DNA of 64,000 nt, from IMG/VR virus record IMGVR_UViG_3300025137_005045. One strand, given 5' to 3'. Shown piece after piece: positions 28,129-37,816 of the stretch (its first letter is position 1; every line of letters starts with the position of its first letter). The notes beneath the pieces were generated by a model that saw only the letters and a list, made by a program, of their open reading frames with translations, was not told the origin of the DNA and made no database searches. Source of the stretch: a virus (taxonomy: Duplodnaviria; Caudoviricetes). Position numbers and translations under genes: made by a program.

Positions 28129-28860
28129 ATGAGAGATCATTTATTAGATTTAGTTGAACATACCTATGATCTAGGGTGCATAGACCTAGTTAAGATTACA
28201 GGTGATGATAAAACTACTGTGATTGACGGCTTGGCTGAAGATAGATCAGTGGTTGTGCAAGCGGCATTTAAACAACCTGTAGCAGAGTTTGAAGGAACAT
28301 TCGGCATGCCTAATCTGTCAAAACTTAAGGTGTTGCTAGGACTGGAACCATATAAAGACAAAGCAAAAATTTCAATTAATAAACAAGAACGTAATGGTAG
28401 TCAAGTGCCAGTGGGCTTACACTTTGAAAATGATGCTGGCGACTTTAAAAATGATTATAGATTTATGACATCAGAAATCATTGAAGAGAAACTTAAAGTA
28501 GTTAAGTTTAAAGGTGTTGAATGGAATATTGAATTTGAACCTACCATTGCTGGTGTACAAAGATTAAAATATCAGGCCTTGGCTAACGCTGAAGAACTTA
28601 CATTCAATGCCATGAGTGATGGAAATGATCTTAAACTAGAGTTTGGTGATCATTCAACACACGCAGGTAGTTTTATATTCCAACCAGACGTCAACGGTAA
28701 ACTATCTAGAACATGGTCGTGGCCTGTCAAACAGTTTATTAGTATTTTAGATCTTACTGGTGACAAGACAGTGCATATCTCAGATCAAGGTGCGGCACAG
28801 ATCACAGTGGATAGCGGACTAGCAGTTTATCAATATATTTTACCAGCACAGAGCAAGTAA
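28129..28860 (+). CDS. probable sliding clamp (gp45-like)
   Basis: 243-aa beta-rich protein two genes downstream of PolB; size and pattern fit phage clamps. Confidence 0.6.
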   Translation: MRDHLLDLVEHTYDLGCIDLVKITGDDKTTVIDGLAEDRSVVVQAAFKQPVAEFEGTFGMPNLSKLKVLLGLEPYKDKAKISINKQERNGSQVPVGLHFENDAGDFKNDYRFMTSEIIEEKLKVVKFKGVEWNIEFEPTIAGVQRLKYQALANAEELTFNAMSDGNDLKLEFGDHSTHAGSFIFQPDVNGKLSRTWSWPVKQFISILDLTGDKTVHISDQGAAQITVDSGLAVYQYILPAQSK

Positions 28861-30398
28861 TGGCTAGAGTAGAACACGACGACTTAACAGCAAAACAAAA
28901 CGACTATGCTATATTTTTACCAGCATTAAGTAGTTTCTATGGTACATTTATAGGTAAACAAAGAGTAGCCAACGATTATGTTGATCCTCTTCGTATGCCT
29001 GCTAAGTTACCTGATATGGAAAACTTTAACTGGTTAAACAGTCAAGAAGGAGTGTTCACTTACAAGTGGTCATTATATTCAGCAGGACATGCTAACTTAG
29101 ATGTTACTGTAGATGCACCTAAAGAGGATATGGTTAGAAAAAGAGAGCCCGGTGCTTGGGTATTAGGCGATAGTGGTGGCTTTCAAATTGGTAAAGGTGT
29201 TTGGGAAGGTGATTGGAAAGATCCTGCATGTCCTAAAGCTAAAAAGAAACGTGAACAAGTGCTTAAATGGATGGACACTTACATGGATTATGGTATGATA
29301 CTAGATATACCTGCCTGGGTATGTCGTTCACCAGAAGGTCGTAAAGCAACAAATATTAATAGCTATGAAGAAGCAGTACAAGGTACTTACATCAACAATG
29401 ATTACTTTATTAATAATCGTACAGGTGCATGTAAGTTCTTAAATGTATTACAAGGTGAGAATCATACAGAAGCTGAGGATTGGTATCAACGTATGAAGAA
29501 ATACTGTGATCCAGTACAATATCCAGACAATCACTTTAATGGTTGGTCAATGGGTGGACAAAATATGTGTGACATACATCTGGTATTACATAGACTAGTT
29601 AGTATTATACATGATGGATTACTTGAAGAGGGCAAACAGGATTGGATGCACTTCTTAGGAACCAGTAAACTAGAGTGGGCTACACTATTAACTGACATAC
29701 AGCGTAGTATTAGAAAGCATCATAATCCAAAATTTACAATATCATTTGACTGTGCTTCACCGTTCCTAGCTACAGCAAATGGTCAAATCTATACTGATGT
29801 TGAAACACCAGACAGAGGTAAATGGGTTTATAGAATGCAACCTACTGCTGATGACAAGAAATATAGTACAGATACCAGACAGTTCAGTCAAGGTGTATTA
29901 GCAGATGGGTATCATACATCATTTAAAGATTCACCAATAAGTTGTAACTTAGAAATGAAAGATATTTGTATATACAAGCCAGGTGACCTAAATAAGAATG
30001 GTAAAGAAGGTAAGACATCATGGGATAGCTTTAGTTACGCAATCATGATGGGACACAATGTTTGGCAACATCTTAATGCAGTACAACAAGCTAATAGAGC
30101 ATATGATCAAGGTAACTATCCAGCAATGTTGATACAGGAAACATTTGACACTGTAACATTCAGAGATGTATGCGATGCCATATTTGGAGCAGACACTAAA
30201 GAAGAAAGTATGGCAGTAATTGAACACTACAGTAAATTTTGGATGTCAATAATTGGCACACGTGGTGCTACTGGTAAGAAAACAGTTAACGCAGGTACCA
30301 TGTTCAATAACTTATTTGATGTACAAGAAGTTGATGCAGTAGAAGAAGAAAGTTTGGATGAAGCAAAGTTAGACAAACTTGAAATGGAGGAAGTATGA
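28860..30398 (+). CDS. dpdA: tRNA-guanine transglycosylase-family protein (DpdA-like DNA base-exchange enzyme)
   Basis: TGT core motifs GDSGGFQ, LDIP, NVLQG, GWSMGG, HFLG, SFDCASP and GHNV; start is coupled to the clamp gene stop. Confidence 0.82.
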   Translation: MARVEHDDLTAKQNDYAIFLPALSSFYGTFIGKQRVANDYVDPLRMPAKLPDMENFNWLNSQEGVFTYKWSLYSAGHANLDVTVDAPKEDMVRKREPGAWVLGDSGGFQIGKGVWEGDWKDPACPKAKKKREQVLKWMDTYMDYGMILDIPAWVCRSPEGRKATNINSYEEAVQGTYINNDYFINNRTGACKFLNVLQGENHTEAEDWYQRMKKYCDPVQYPDNHFNGWSMGGQNMCDIHLVLHRLVSIIHDGLLEEGKQDWMHFLGTSKLEWATLLTDIQRSIRKHHNPKFTISFDCASPFLATANGQIYTDVETPDRGKWVYRMQPTADDKKYSTDTRQFSQGVLADGYHTSFKDSPISCNLEMKDICIYKPGDLNKNGKEGKTSWDSFSYAIMMGHNVWQHLNAVQQANRAYDQGNYPAMLIQETFDTVTFRDVCDAIFGADTKEESMAVIEHYSKFWMSIIGTRGATGKKTVNAGTMFNNLFDVQEVDAVEEESLDEAKLDKLEMEEV

Positions 30399-30580
30399 GT
30401 AACTTAGATCATTTAGAAGCACTTAAAATTAAACATCGAGATTTGGACAAACAGTGTAGTTTAGGATATACTAATTATCTAAACGATACTGAATTAAACA
30501 AAATAAAGATGGAAAAGGCACACGTTAAATCACAAATACAAACGATTGAAAAACAGATTGACATTAAATCTAAAAACTAG
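30395..30580 (+). CDS. small coiled-coil protein (DUF465/YdcH-like)
   Basis: LKIKHRDLDKQ...LNKIKMEK pattern. Confidence 0.55.
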   Translation: MSNLDHLEALKIKHRDLDKQCSLGYTNYLNDTELNKIKMEKAHVKSQIQTIEKQIDIKSKN

Positions 30581-30586
30581 TATAAT
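30559..30586 (+). promoter_or_regulatory. sigma70-type promoter
   Basis: TTGACA(30559)-N16-TATAAT(30581). Confidence 0.7.
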
Positions 30587-30592
30587 GATATT

Positions 30593-31123
30593 ATGAAAAG
30601 AGATTACGCAACAGGCAAAGCAGAAAAAATAACCTACTTTACAGGCATTGAGATTGAAAAGACACCTGCGTTTGGGTTGAAAACCTTGTTTGTTGTTGGA
30701 GTTCAGGCTCCGGAGAAAATAATCGATCTCGCCACACATGAGAAATGCGAGCACTTATACTTCGGAGCCAACCAATCATTTGATGGTGACAATGTTGGTA
30801 ATTGGGACCAAATGATATTACACTGTTTACGTTTAGGATATAAATGTACTCTAGACTTTGACATCAAGTTTTGCACCTGGAATCAAAAATGGTTGCGATC
30901 GCTGTCAGTGTTTGAAGATACATTTATTCCGCAAATATCAGTTAAGATACCAGGATTAACAGACTATAATTCAAATGCCACTGTTAAGATTGATGACATA
31001 GACTTTCAAGCTACAAACCAAGGTGTATGGTGTCATAATTTAGAAAAATTACAGTCCAATGATCAGTTTACTGATTGGATTGAATATGGCAACGATGAAA
31101 TTATTAAGGGAGAATCATCATGA
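30593..31123 (+). CDS. conserved hypothetical protein in the dpdA cluster
   Basis: 176 aa (YFTGIEIEKTP, HLYFGANQSF, KIDDIDF..TNQGVWCH). Confidence 0.7.
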   Translation: MKRDYATGKAEKITYFTGIEIEKTPAFGLKTLFVVGVQAPEKIIDLATHEKCEHLYFGANQSFDGDNVGNWDQMILHCLRLGYKCTLDFDIKFCTWNQKWLRSLSVFEDTFIPQISVKIPGLTDYNSNATVKIDDIDFQATNQGVWCHNLEKLQSNDQFTDWIEYGNDEIIKGESS

Positions 31124-31314
31124 GTCAGGCACTAAAGAACAATCTTAAAGACAAATATCAAAATCAAATTGATATAGCAAAAACTAATATTAACTTATTT
31201 TTAGCAAGTCCGCAGGGTGTTGCTGAGCATATTGATTATGTAGAAACCATTGAAAAAGAATTAGAAAAAATTGCACATGCACATGATATGTTAGAGGCAT
31301 TAGAACTAATATAA
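31120..31314 (+). CDS. hypothetical protein
   Basis: 64 aa (PQGVAEHIDY); RBS ggag; coupled to both neighbours. Confidence 0.65.
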   Translation: MSQALKNNLKDKYQNQIDIAKTNINLFLASPQGVAEHIDYVETIEKELEKIAHAHDMLEALELI

Positions 31315-31754
31315 TGAGTAATGAACAAAGAAAAATAGCATTAGCTGAACAACAAATTCGTATAAAAGATCGAGCTAACCGTATGATTTGGGTGACTTTT
31401 CGTAAGGAAGGCATCCATTGCTATCCGGCGGCAAAGACGGATCCAAAGCTAAATACTAACGATGAATACGATGTGTCATTTTTGGCACACCCCCATAGAC
31501 ACATATTCCACTTTCGAGTGGCAATACAGGTGTTGCATAATGACAGGGATATTGAATTCATTCAATTTAAACGATGGCTTGAAAGTTTGTATAATCAATC
31601 TATTCTTGAGTTGGATTATAAATCATGTGAAATGATTGCCGATGATCTCTATACGCAGATCGCGGTCAGATATCCTAACAGAAAGATCACAATTAACGTT
31701 TCAGAAGATGGCGAGAACGGTTGTGAAATCGATTATACTTTAGAGTTGTCTTAA
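31314..31754 (+). CDS. QueD-like T-fold protein (DpdL-like, putative CDG decarboxylase)
   Basis: EGIH, LAHPHRHIF (LxxxHRHxF in place of QueD CxxxHGH), SCEMIA and VSEDGENG. Confidence 0.75.
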   Translation: MSNEQRKIALAEQQIRIKDRANRMIWVTFRKEGIHCYPAAKTDPKLNTNDEYDVSFLAHPHRHIFHFRVAIQVLHNDRDIEFIQFKRWLESLYNQSILELDYKSCEMIADDLYTQIAVRYPNRKITINVSEDGENGCEIDYTLELS

Positions 31755-31782
31755 TGTTAAATTTAAATATTAGGAACACACG

Positions 31783-32013
31783 ATGGCAGATAGAGTTAAT
31801 CCAAGAAGATTGTCTACCAGACAAGTCTTTGACCAACTTGAAGAACTTGAACAATTCTGTAGAGAACAGGGTTTTAGATATAATCCTGCAGACTGCTGGA
31901 ATCTTCGCAGTTTCATCTGGCAACAATACACCAAAAAACAACTTGGCAAAAACTTCCGCAACAACTGGCTTGAGGACATTTCTCGTATAAATGGGAGACG
32001 ATCGTTCATATGA
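31783..32013 (+). CDS. hypothetical protein
   Basis: 76 aa; RBS agga upstream. Confidence 0.65.
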   Translation: MADRVNPRRLSTRQVFDQLEELEQFCREQGFRYNPADCWNLRSFIWQQYTKKQLGKNFRNNWLEDISRINGRRSFI

Positions 32014-32302
32014 GTATGATTATGATCAAGAGTTTAATTGGTTAGACCAGGATGACGGAACTGAAAAAACTGCAAACCAAATACTTAAAGAACACATCAC
32101 ACAGTTAACTCAAGCATGTAACACTTCAAGAATAGACGGGCATGAAGATTCTGCCGCAAGCTACAAAAAACAAATTTACCAAATAAAGTGCTGGATCGAT
32201 GAAATCTATGCTATACTACCTACATTCGAGGAAGAGACTGATTGGGAAAAAGAAAGAGTATTTGATAAACTAAAAGGTAATGACAATGGCCGCAAAAAAT
32301 GA
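31991..32302 (+). CDS. hypothetical protein
   Basis: 103-aa acidic ORF in the operon. Confidence 0.55.
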   Translation: MGDDRSYEYDYDQEFNWLDQDDGTEKTANQILKEHITQLTQACNTSRIDGHEDSAASYKKQIYQIKCWIDEIYAILPTFEEETDWEKERVFDKLKGNDNGRKK

Positions 32303-32690
32303 CATAACAGGTGATGAGTTAATATCAAAAGCAACCACTAACTCATATGCAGATGGATGGGATCGTATCTTTGGCAAAGAAGAAAAAACAATTCAGGACA
32401 TAGCACAAGAGCATCCAAACAGTGATCAATTTAATCAACCAACAGAACGTGATAAAGCTGTTAACAAATTTAATCATCTTAAATGGTGTATGGAAGGTCA
32501 ACTACATATAGATCGACCAGAGTATGTTGACGATGTCATTGACAGTGTTATGAAGTTTGAAAAAGAACTTAATGAAGGTGAGATCGAATATACAACGATA
32601 GCACGACAAAAACTAGAAGACGGTCAAGAGTGGGAATGGGAAATTCCTGAAATAACACGAATCGATGAAGATGACGGGTATGCAGACTAA
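32280..32690 (+). CDS. hypothetical protein
   Basis: KNDITGD...Y.DGWDRIFGK N-terminal motif; coupled to the next gene. Confidence 0.65.
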   Translation: MTMAAKNDITGDELISKATTNSYADGWDRIFGKEEKTIQDIAQEHPNSDQFNQPTERDKAVNKFNHLKWCMEGQLHIDRPEYVDDVIDSVMKFEKELNEGEIEYTTIARQKLEDGQEWEWEIPEITRIDEDDGYAD

Positions 32691-33784
32691 TGGCTAATAT
32701 ATTTTTAGTAGATCTAGAAGCTGTTGAATCCAGATATACCGGACAATGGAAGACTCACGTGCCTAAATTATTAACGGAGGCAGGACACAATGTTACAATT
32801 ATTGAAGGACCTAGTGACATTCCCAATGCTACTACTCCAGGTGCTTTTCTTAACTTTGGCGGTACTAACATATACAAAGCTCGCCAAGTCGAAGAGCTCA
32901 GTCGGTTATTTACCAGTGGTAAAATTGCTAGTGGGGATCATGTTATTTTTACTGACGCTTGGCATCCTGGCATCATTAATTTAAAATATATGAGTGAGTT
33001 ACTTGAAATAAAAGTAACCATACACGCATTATGGCACGCTGGAAGTTACGATCCACAAGACTTTTTAGGTAGGCTAATAGGTGATACTCCGTGGGTGCGT
33101 CATAGTGAGAAAGCATTTTACGAAGCTGTTGATCACAACTATTTTGCCACAGACTTTCATATCGATATGTTCATTGAAAACTTGCTAGGAGTAGATACAA
33201 GAACTGGTCGTATTAGGCACATGACTAATAATAAAATAGTACGTGCAGGATGGCCAATGGAGTATATGGATTCAACTCTTAACTTATACAAGAATATGGA
33301 AAAGAAAGATATTATATTATTTCCACATAGGATAGCACCTGAGAAACAGTTAGATATATTTCTAGATCTTAAGAAACATCTAAACAACTTTGAGTTTATA
33401 GTATGTCAAGACAAAACGTTAACTAAAAACGAATATCATAATTTACTAGGAGAAAGTAAAGTAGTGTTTAGTGCTAACTTACAAGAAACTCTTGGTATCT
33501 CCTGGTATGAAGGTGCCATGGTAGATGCTATACCAATGGTACCAGATAGATTAAGTTATTCAGAAATGGCATTGCCAGAGTTTAAGTATCCGAGTGAATG
33601 GACTGAAAGTTGGGAAGCCTATGAAAAAAATAAAGATAAAGTTATAGAACGTATTAAAAACTATGTTAAAAACTATGATACTTACATTCCTGCTATAAGA
33701 AAACAGACTAAGAAATTATCTGAAGAGTTCTTTTCAGCAAATAGTATACTGGAAAACATTAAAGAAGGAGAAAATTTAGAATGA
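32690..33784 (+). CDS. GT-B fold glycosyltransferase
   Basis: FTDAWHPG, HAGSYDPQD, FPHRIAPEKQ and QETLGISWYEG (GT-B E-x7-E-like) motifs. Confidence 0.78.
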   Translation: MANIFLVDLEAVESRYTGQWKTHVPKLLTEAGHNVTIIEGPSDIPNATTPGAFLNFGGTNIYKARQVEELSRLFTSGKIASGDHVIFTDAWHPGIINLKYMSELLEIKVTIHALWHAGSYDPQDFLGRLIGDTPWVRHSEKAFYEAVDHNYFATDFHIDMFIENLLGVDTRTGRIRHMTNNKIVRAGWPMEYMDSTLNLYKNMEKKDIILFPHRIAPEKQLDIFLDLKKHLNNFEFIVCQDKTLTKNEYHNLLGESKVVFSANLQETLGISWYEGAMVDAIPMVPDRLSYSEMALPEFKYPSEWTESWEAYEKNKDKVIERIKNYVKNYDTYIPAIRKQTKKLSEEFFSANSILENIKEGENLE

Positions 33785-34088
33785 CTACAGAAGATAAAAT
33801 AAACAACCTTATTAGCGAAAATAAAGTTTTACTATTCATGAAAGGTAATCCCAAATTTCCTCAATGTGGGTTTTCCAGCACTGCATGTCAAATTCTTGAT
33901 GCATCGGGAATATCATACGAGACCATTGATGTTTTACAAGACCCAGATATTAGAGAAGGCATTAAAACTTTTTCCGATTGGCCAACAATACCTCAACTCT
34001 ATATTAATAAGGAATTTGTTGGTGGGGCAGATATACTTAGAGAGATGTATGAATCTGGAGAGCTAGAAAACATTAAAGAAGGAGAAAA
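33752..34088 (+). repeat. 23-nt exact direct repeat (33752-33774 and 34066-34088) flanking the glutaredoxin gene
   Basis: gaaaacattaaagaaggagaaaa occurs twice, 314 nt apart, and contains the RBS aaggag. Confidence 0.92.
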
Positions 34089-34098
34089 AGATGACTGA
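33781..34098 (+). CDS. grxD: monothiol glutaredoxin (Grx4)
   Basis: FMKG.PKFPQCGFS, WPTIPQLYI and FVGGADI. Confidence 0.93.
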   Translation: MTTEDKINNLISENKVLLFMKGNPKFPQCGFSSTACQILDASGISYETIDVLQDPDIREGIKTFSDWPTIPQLYINKEFVGGADILREMYESGELENIKEGEKDD

Positions 34099-34336
34099 AT
34101 TTACTAAAGGCATACAAACAGTATTTGTAGAAAGTAGTTTAGCACTTGCATTGGTGTATACACTAGGACACATATGTATAGCAATGTTAGTAGTAACTAA
34201 CTTCACAGGTGCAAGTTTATTTGAAGCAGGAACAGTAGCATTAGTTGAGCCAGCTATCAATGGTGTTTGGTTTTTTATATTACACAAAATATATAAAAAG
34301 TTAAAGGCAGATGTGGTGGTTGCCAATCCTGAATAA
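34091..34336 (+). CDS. small membrane protein (DUF2061-like)
   Basis: YTLGHICIA...ALVEPAINGVWFFILHK. Confidence 0.6.
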   Translation: MTEFTKGIQTVFVESSLALALVYTLGHICIAMLVVTNFTGASLFEAGTVALVEPAINGVWFFILHKIYKKLKADVVVANPE

Positions 34337-34379
34337 TCCATTAAACTACAGCAAGAGTCCGTGTCACGGTAAATAATGT

Positions 34380-35864
34380 GTGGACGGAATAATATTTGCA
34401 GACAATAAGTATCAACCAATAAGGCATGGTGTACTCAGAGCTCCTGGGGCACACCGTATCGCCACACATCTACGAAAACAAGGTTACAAAATAGAAGTTT
34501 TTGACTTCTATCTCGATTGGACCTTGGATGAACTCAAAAAGATATTAGATAATCGTATTACGGATAAAACATTATTTGTTGGGTTTTCATGTTCATTGAT
34601 GTTTGAGGGTGTTGACAATTTTAGTGGAATACGAGATTACATTAGAGAGAAGTATCCTCATGTTGCTATCACAGTTGGTGGTAATAAAACTTTGCATAAA
34701 GGATTTATTGATGCTGATTATTATCTTGAAGGAGTAGGTGAAGCGGCTACTGATGCCTTAGTTAGATTTCTAACAGGACAAGACAAAGAACTAATCTATC
34801 AAACGGTCAATGGTAATAAATTATTAAACGGATTAACTGATTATAAGTTAGATTCTGTTAAGGGAATTAATATTGCATACCAGTCAGATGATTACATTGG
34901 ATCTGATGAATGTTTAAGTTTAGAAACAGCTCGAGGCTGTATTTTTAAATGTGCTTTCTGTGACTTTCCTGGAATTGGTAAGAAAAAAGTTGATTATCTA
35001 AGAGATAAACAAGAAGTCATTGAAGAACTGATTGAAAATTACAAACGTTGGGGAGTAACCAAATACTTTATAGTTGAAGATACCATCAATGATACTGAAA
35101 TGAAATGTAATATGCTAGGTGAAATTGGAAGAGAGCTACCGTTTGATATTACATTAATGGGTTATATGCGAGCTGACCTATTAGTACGTAGACCTGAAAC
35201 TGTACAACAATTGTGGGATGCTGGTTTCCGTGGCATGCACTTTGGTATAGAAACCTTTCATCCAGAAGCTGGTAAGATAATTGGTAAAGGAATGCCAGCA
35301 GAAAAACTTAAACAAGGTCTTACTCAGATAAAAAATAAATTTCCAGGATTTCATTGGACCAGCACATTTATTGTTGGATTACCTTATGAATCAGAGGAAG
35401 ATGTAAGAAAAACTGTTAAATGGTTAATTGATAGTCAGGTAATAGACTTTTGGTCATTTAATCCTCTAATGATACCTAAAGTTGAACCAACTATTCATCA
35501 TTCATATTTTACTGAGAACTATATGATGTACGGTTATAAAAAAATGTCAGCTCAAGATATTGAAGATGCACGCAATACCGATAAAGAAACTAGCTATGGA
35601 CTTAAATGGTGGAAACACGTAATGCCTTGGAAAAATAATCATTTTAACTCATCAACTGCGGCTAAATTAGCTAGTGATATTAATAATATGAGTAACGAAC
35701 ATCGCAAAATTGATGCCTGGCATGCGTGGGCACTAAGTGCATTAGGAGATCCATTGGAAGATCTTGTTAAAATGCAATACAATCACAGTTTTAACGGTGA
35801 GCTATATGAAAGACTCACCCAAGAATATATCGACGATTACAAATCCAAAAAACTTTTGATTTAA
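34380..35864 (+). CDS. B12-binding radical SAM protein
   Basis: ITVGG, YYLEGVGE; ETARGCIFKCAFC; VEDTIND; FGIETF. Confidence 0.85.
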   Translation: MDGIIFADNKYQPIRHGVLRAPGAHRIATHLRKQGYKIEVFDFYLDWTLDELKKILDNRITDKTLFVGFSCSLMFEGVDNFSGIRDYIREKYPHVAITVGGNKTLHKGFIDADYYLEGVGEAATDALVRFLTGQDKELIYQTVNGNKLLNGLTDYKLDSVKGINIAYQSDDYIGSDECLSLETARGCIFKCAFCDFPGIGKKKVDYLRDKQEVIEELIENYKRWGVTKYFIVEDTINDTEMKCNMLGEIGRELPFDITLMGYMRADLLVRRPETVQQLWDAGFRGMHFGIETFHPEAGKIIGKGMPAEKLKQGLTQIKNKFPGFHWTSTFIVGLPYESEEDVRKTVKWLIDSQVIDFWSFNPLMIPKVEPTIHHSYFTENYMMYGYKKMSAQDIEDARNTDKETSYGLKWWKHVMPWKNNHFNSSTAAKLASDINNMSNEHRKIDAWHAWALSALGDPLEDLVKMQYNHSFNGELYERLTQEYIDDYKSKKLLI

Positions 35865-35896
35865 ATATGTTTTGGACAATATTGAATAATAATATG

Positions 35897-35925
35897 TTGC
35901 AAATTGATAAAAACATTGTTATACT
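35897..35925 (+). promoter_or_regulatory. sigma70-type promoter upstream of folE
   Basis: TTGCAA(35897)-N17-TATACT(35920). Confidence 0.55.
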
Positions 35926-36004
35926 GTATAGACAGAAGTGTTACTAAAAGTGTTAAAATAATATTATTAAAAGGCAATCCACTGCCTTAACATCGGAGAA
36001 ATAA

Positions 36005-36688
36005 ATGAGTAAAAGTGAAGAAATAAAAGCAAAGTTAGAACAAGAAGGCGTAAGGTATTGGGCTAACGATAACATTGCTGATTACATTGAAGAAGGTGAT
36101 AAGCAACAGTTAATTGATGAAGCAATACCTGCTTTTGAAAATGTATTACAAAAATTATTAATTGATACTAAAACAGATCCCAACAGTATGGATACTGCAA
36201 GACGTATGGCTAAAATGTACATCAATGAGATTATGGCAGGACGTTATGATCCAATGCCTAACCCAAGTGCATTTCCTAACTATATTGAAGGCGGTTATGA
36301 AGGTATGTTAGTAGTGCGAAGTGAACTTACAAGTTTGTGTTCGCATCATCACCAGACAGTAAAAGGTGTAGCATACATTGGTATCATTGCAGGACCTAAA
36401 CTACTAGGCTTGAGTAAGTATACACGTATTGCACAATGGTGTGCTACAAGAGGTACACTACAAGAAGAACTGAATGTTATGATTGCAAACGCAATACAAG
36501 AACAAACAGGTAGTGAACACGTAGGTGTATATGTACAAGCAACACATGGTTGTTGTGAGAACAGGGGTATTAGAGCCCACAGTTCATTAACACAAACTAC
36601 AGTGTTACGTGGTGCGTTTAAAGACGATCCTGCAACTAAAAAAGAATTTATTGATAACGTTAAACTGCAACAACAGTTTGCATGTTAG
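36005..36688 (+). CDS. folE: GTP cyclohydrolase I
   Basis: TARRMAKMY, SLCSHHH, GLSKYTR, LQEEL and HGCCENRG. Confidence 0.95.
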   Translation: MSKSEEIKAKLEQEGVRYWANDNIADYIEEGDKQQLIDEAIPAFENVLQKLLIDTKTDPNSMDTARRMAKMYINEIMAGRYDPMPNPSAFPNYIEGGYEGMLVVRSELTSLCSHHHQTVKGVAYIGIIAGPKLLGLSKYTRIAQWCATRGTLQEELNVMIANAIQEQTGSEHVGVYVQATHGCCENRGIRAHSSLTQTTVLRGAFKDDPATKKEFIDNVKLQQQFAC

Positions 36689-36696
36689 GAGTTTTT

Positions 36697-37008
36697 ATGA
36701 AAAAAATTATTGGAATTTTTTTATTATTTGTTAGTTTAAATAGTTTTGCTGTAACTCAAAAAATTGAGGTTTTAGGAATGGTCTGTGCCTATTGTGCCCA
36801 AGGGATCGAAAAAAGTCTTAAATCTCTCATTGAGGTAAATGACGTCTATATTAATTTAGAAAAGTTTTTTGTACTTGTTGAGTCAAACAATGATTTTGGT
36901 ATTGATGAAAAGACACTTAAATCGATTATTGTAGATGCAGGCTACAATGTCCAAAAAATTGAAAATTTCAATGGAACAATTAAAAGTTATACAGAGGCTA
37001 CTAGATGA
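36697..37008 (+). CDS. secreted heavy-metal-associated (HMA) domain protein
   Basis: Signal peptide MKKIIGIFLLFVSLNSFA; GMVCAYCAQG (CxxC); RBS ggag. Confidence 0.8.
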   Translation: MKKIIGIFLLFVSLNSFAVTQKIEVLGMVCAYCAQGIEKSLKSLIEVNDVYINLEKFFVLVESNNDFGIDEKTLKSIIVDAGYNVQKIENFNGTIKSYTEATR

Positions 37009-37085
37009 AACCAATAACAGCATTTATCTGGGTCATGATTATATTTTTCTTTGGTTGGCGGATTGTTGAAATATTATTCAGTTGA
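37005..37085 (+). CDS. possible 26-aa membrane peptide
   Basis: Read by hand: MKPITAFIWVMIIFFFGWRIVEILFS, with ATGA overlap with the HMA gene stop. Confidence 0.35.
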   Translation: MKPITAFIWVMIIFFFGWRIVEILFS

Positions 37086-37816
37086 CCAAAAAATCCGTTT
37101 ATATTAGATAATTATAGGAGAACAAAATGACATCAGCCATTTTTAAACCAACATCGCAGATTATTAGTGCTATGAATCGTGTTTACGGACACATGACACT
37201 AGCAGTTATTACATCAATGATGGTCAGCTTATTAGTAAGCTCGAGTCCAGCATTAATGACATTTTTCTTTACGGGCAGTATGAAGTGGATTGTTATTTTT
37301 GCACCATTGGTAGCAATATTTGCAATTGGTGCTAAGATGCACAGAGTAAATTATGCCAAAGCACAACTGATGCTACACGGCTTTGCGGCACTTATGGGTT
37401 TAAGTTTTGCAACTATCTTTATTGTGTACACCTTGGGCAGTATCTTTACAGCTTTTATAGGAGCGGCAGTACTGTTTGGTACCATGAGCCTCTATGGTTA
37501 TGTAACCAAGAAAGACCTAAAATCAATGGGACAGTTTATGTTCGTTGGATTGATTGCAATCATCATTGTCAGCATTATTAATCTCTTTATCGGTAGTACT
37601 GCAATGCAGATGGTTATTTCAGCACTTGCTGTTGTAATCTTCTTAGGACTTACGGCATATGATACACAAAAAATTAGAAAGATTGTAAGCATGAGCGGTG
37701 ACACACGTTCGCAAGAGGTTGCAGGTGCTCTTACCCTATACCTAGACTTTATCAATCTGTTTATTGCATTGCTACACCTATTCGGTGGCAGGAGATAACG
37801 GTTGACCAAAAAATCC
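37081..37816 (+). repeat. 16-nt exact direct repeat (37081-37096 and 37801-37816) containing a -35 box
   Basis: gttgaccaaaaaatcc occurs twice, 720 nt apart, flanking the BI-1 gene. Confidence 0.85.
37127..37798 (+). CDS. Bax inhibitor-1 / YccA family membrane protein
   Basis: Seven hydrophobic segments; FLGLTAYDTQKI and LTLYLDFINLF. Confidence 0.9.
   Translation: MTSAIFKPTSQIISAMNRVYGHMTLAVITSMMVSLLVSSSPALMTFFFTGSMKWIVIFAPLVAIFAIGAKMHRVNYAKAQLMLHGFAALMGLSFATIFIVYTLGSIFTAFIGAAVLFGTMSLYGYVTKKDLKSMGQFMFVGLIAIIIVSIINLFIGSTAMQMVISALAVVIFLGLTAYDTQKIRKIVSMSGDTRSQEVAGALTLYLDFINLFIALLHLFGGRR

Noticed and set aside
28860-30398. Ordinary tRNA queuine transglycosylase serving the phage tRNA
   Set aside because: The only tRNA here is Glu(UUC), not a GUN-anticodon Q substrate. 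The enzyme is much longer than bacterial Tgt, has a degenerate Zn site and is coupled to replication genes. A tRNA role is less likely but not excluded.
31754-32009. Overlapping ORFs 31754-31990 (+) and 31770-32009 (-)
   Set aside because: ORF 31783-32013 has the RBS and more protein-like composition; the others are alternative-frame shadows.
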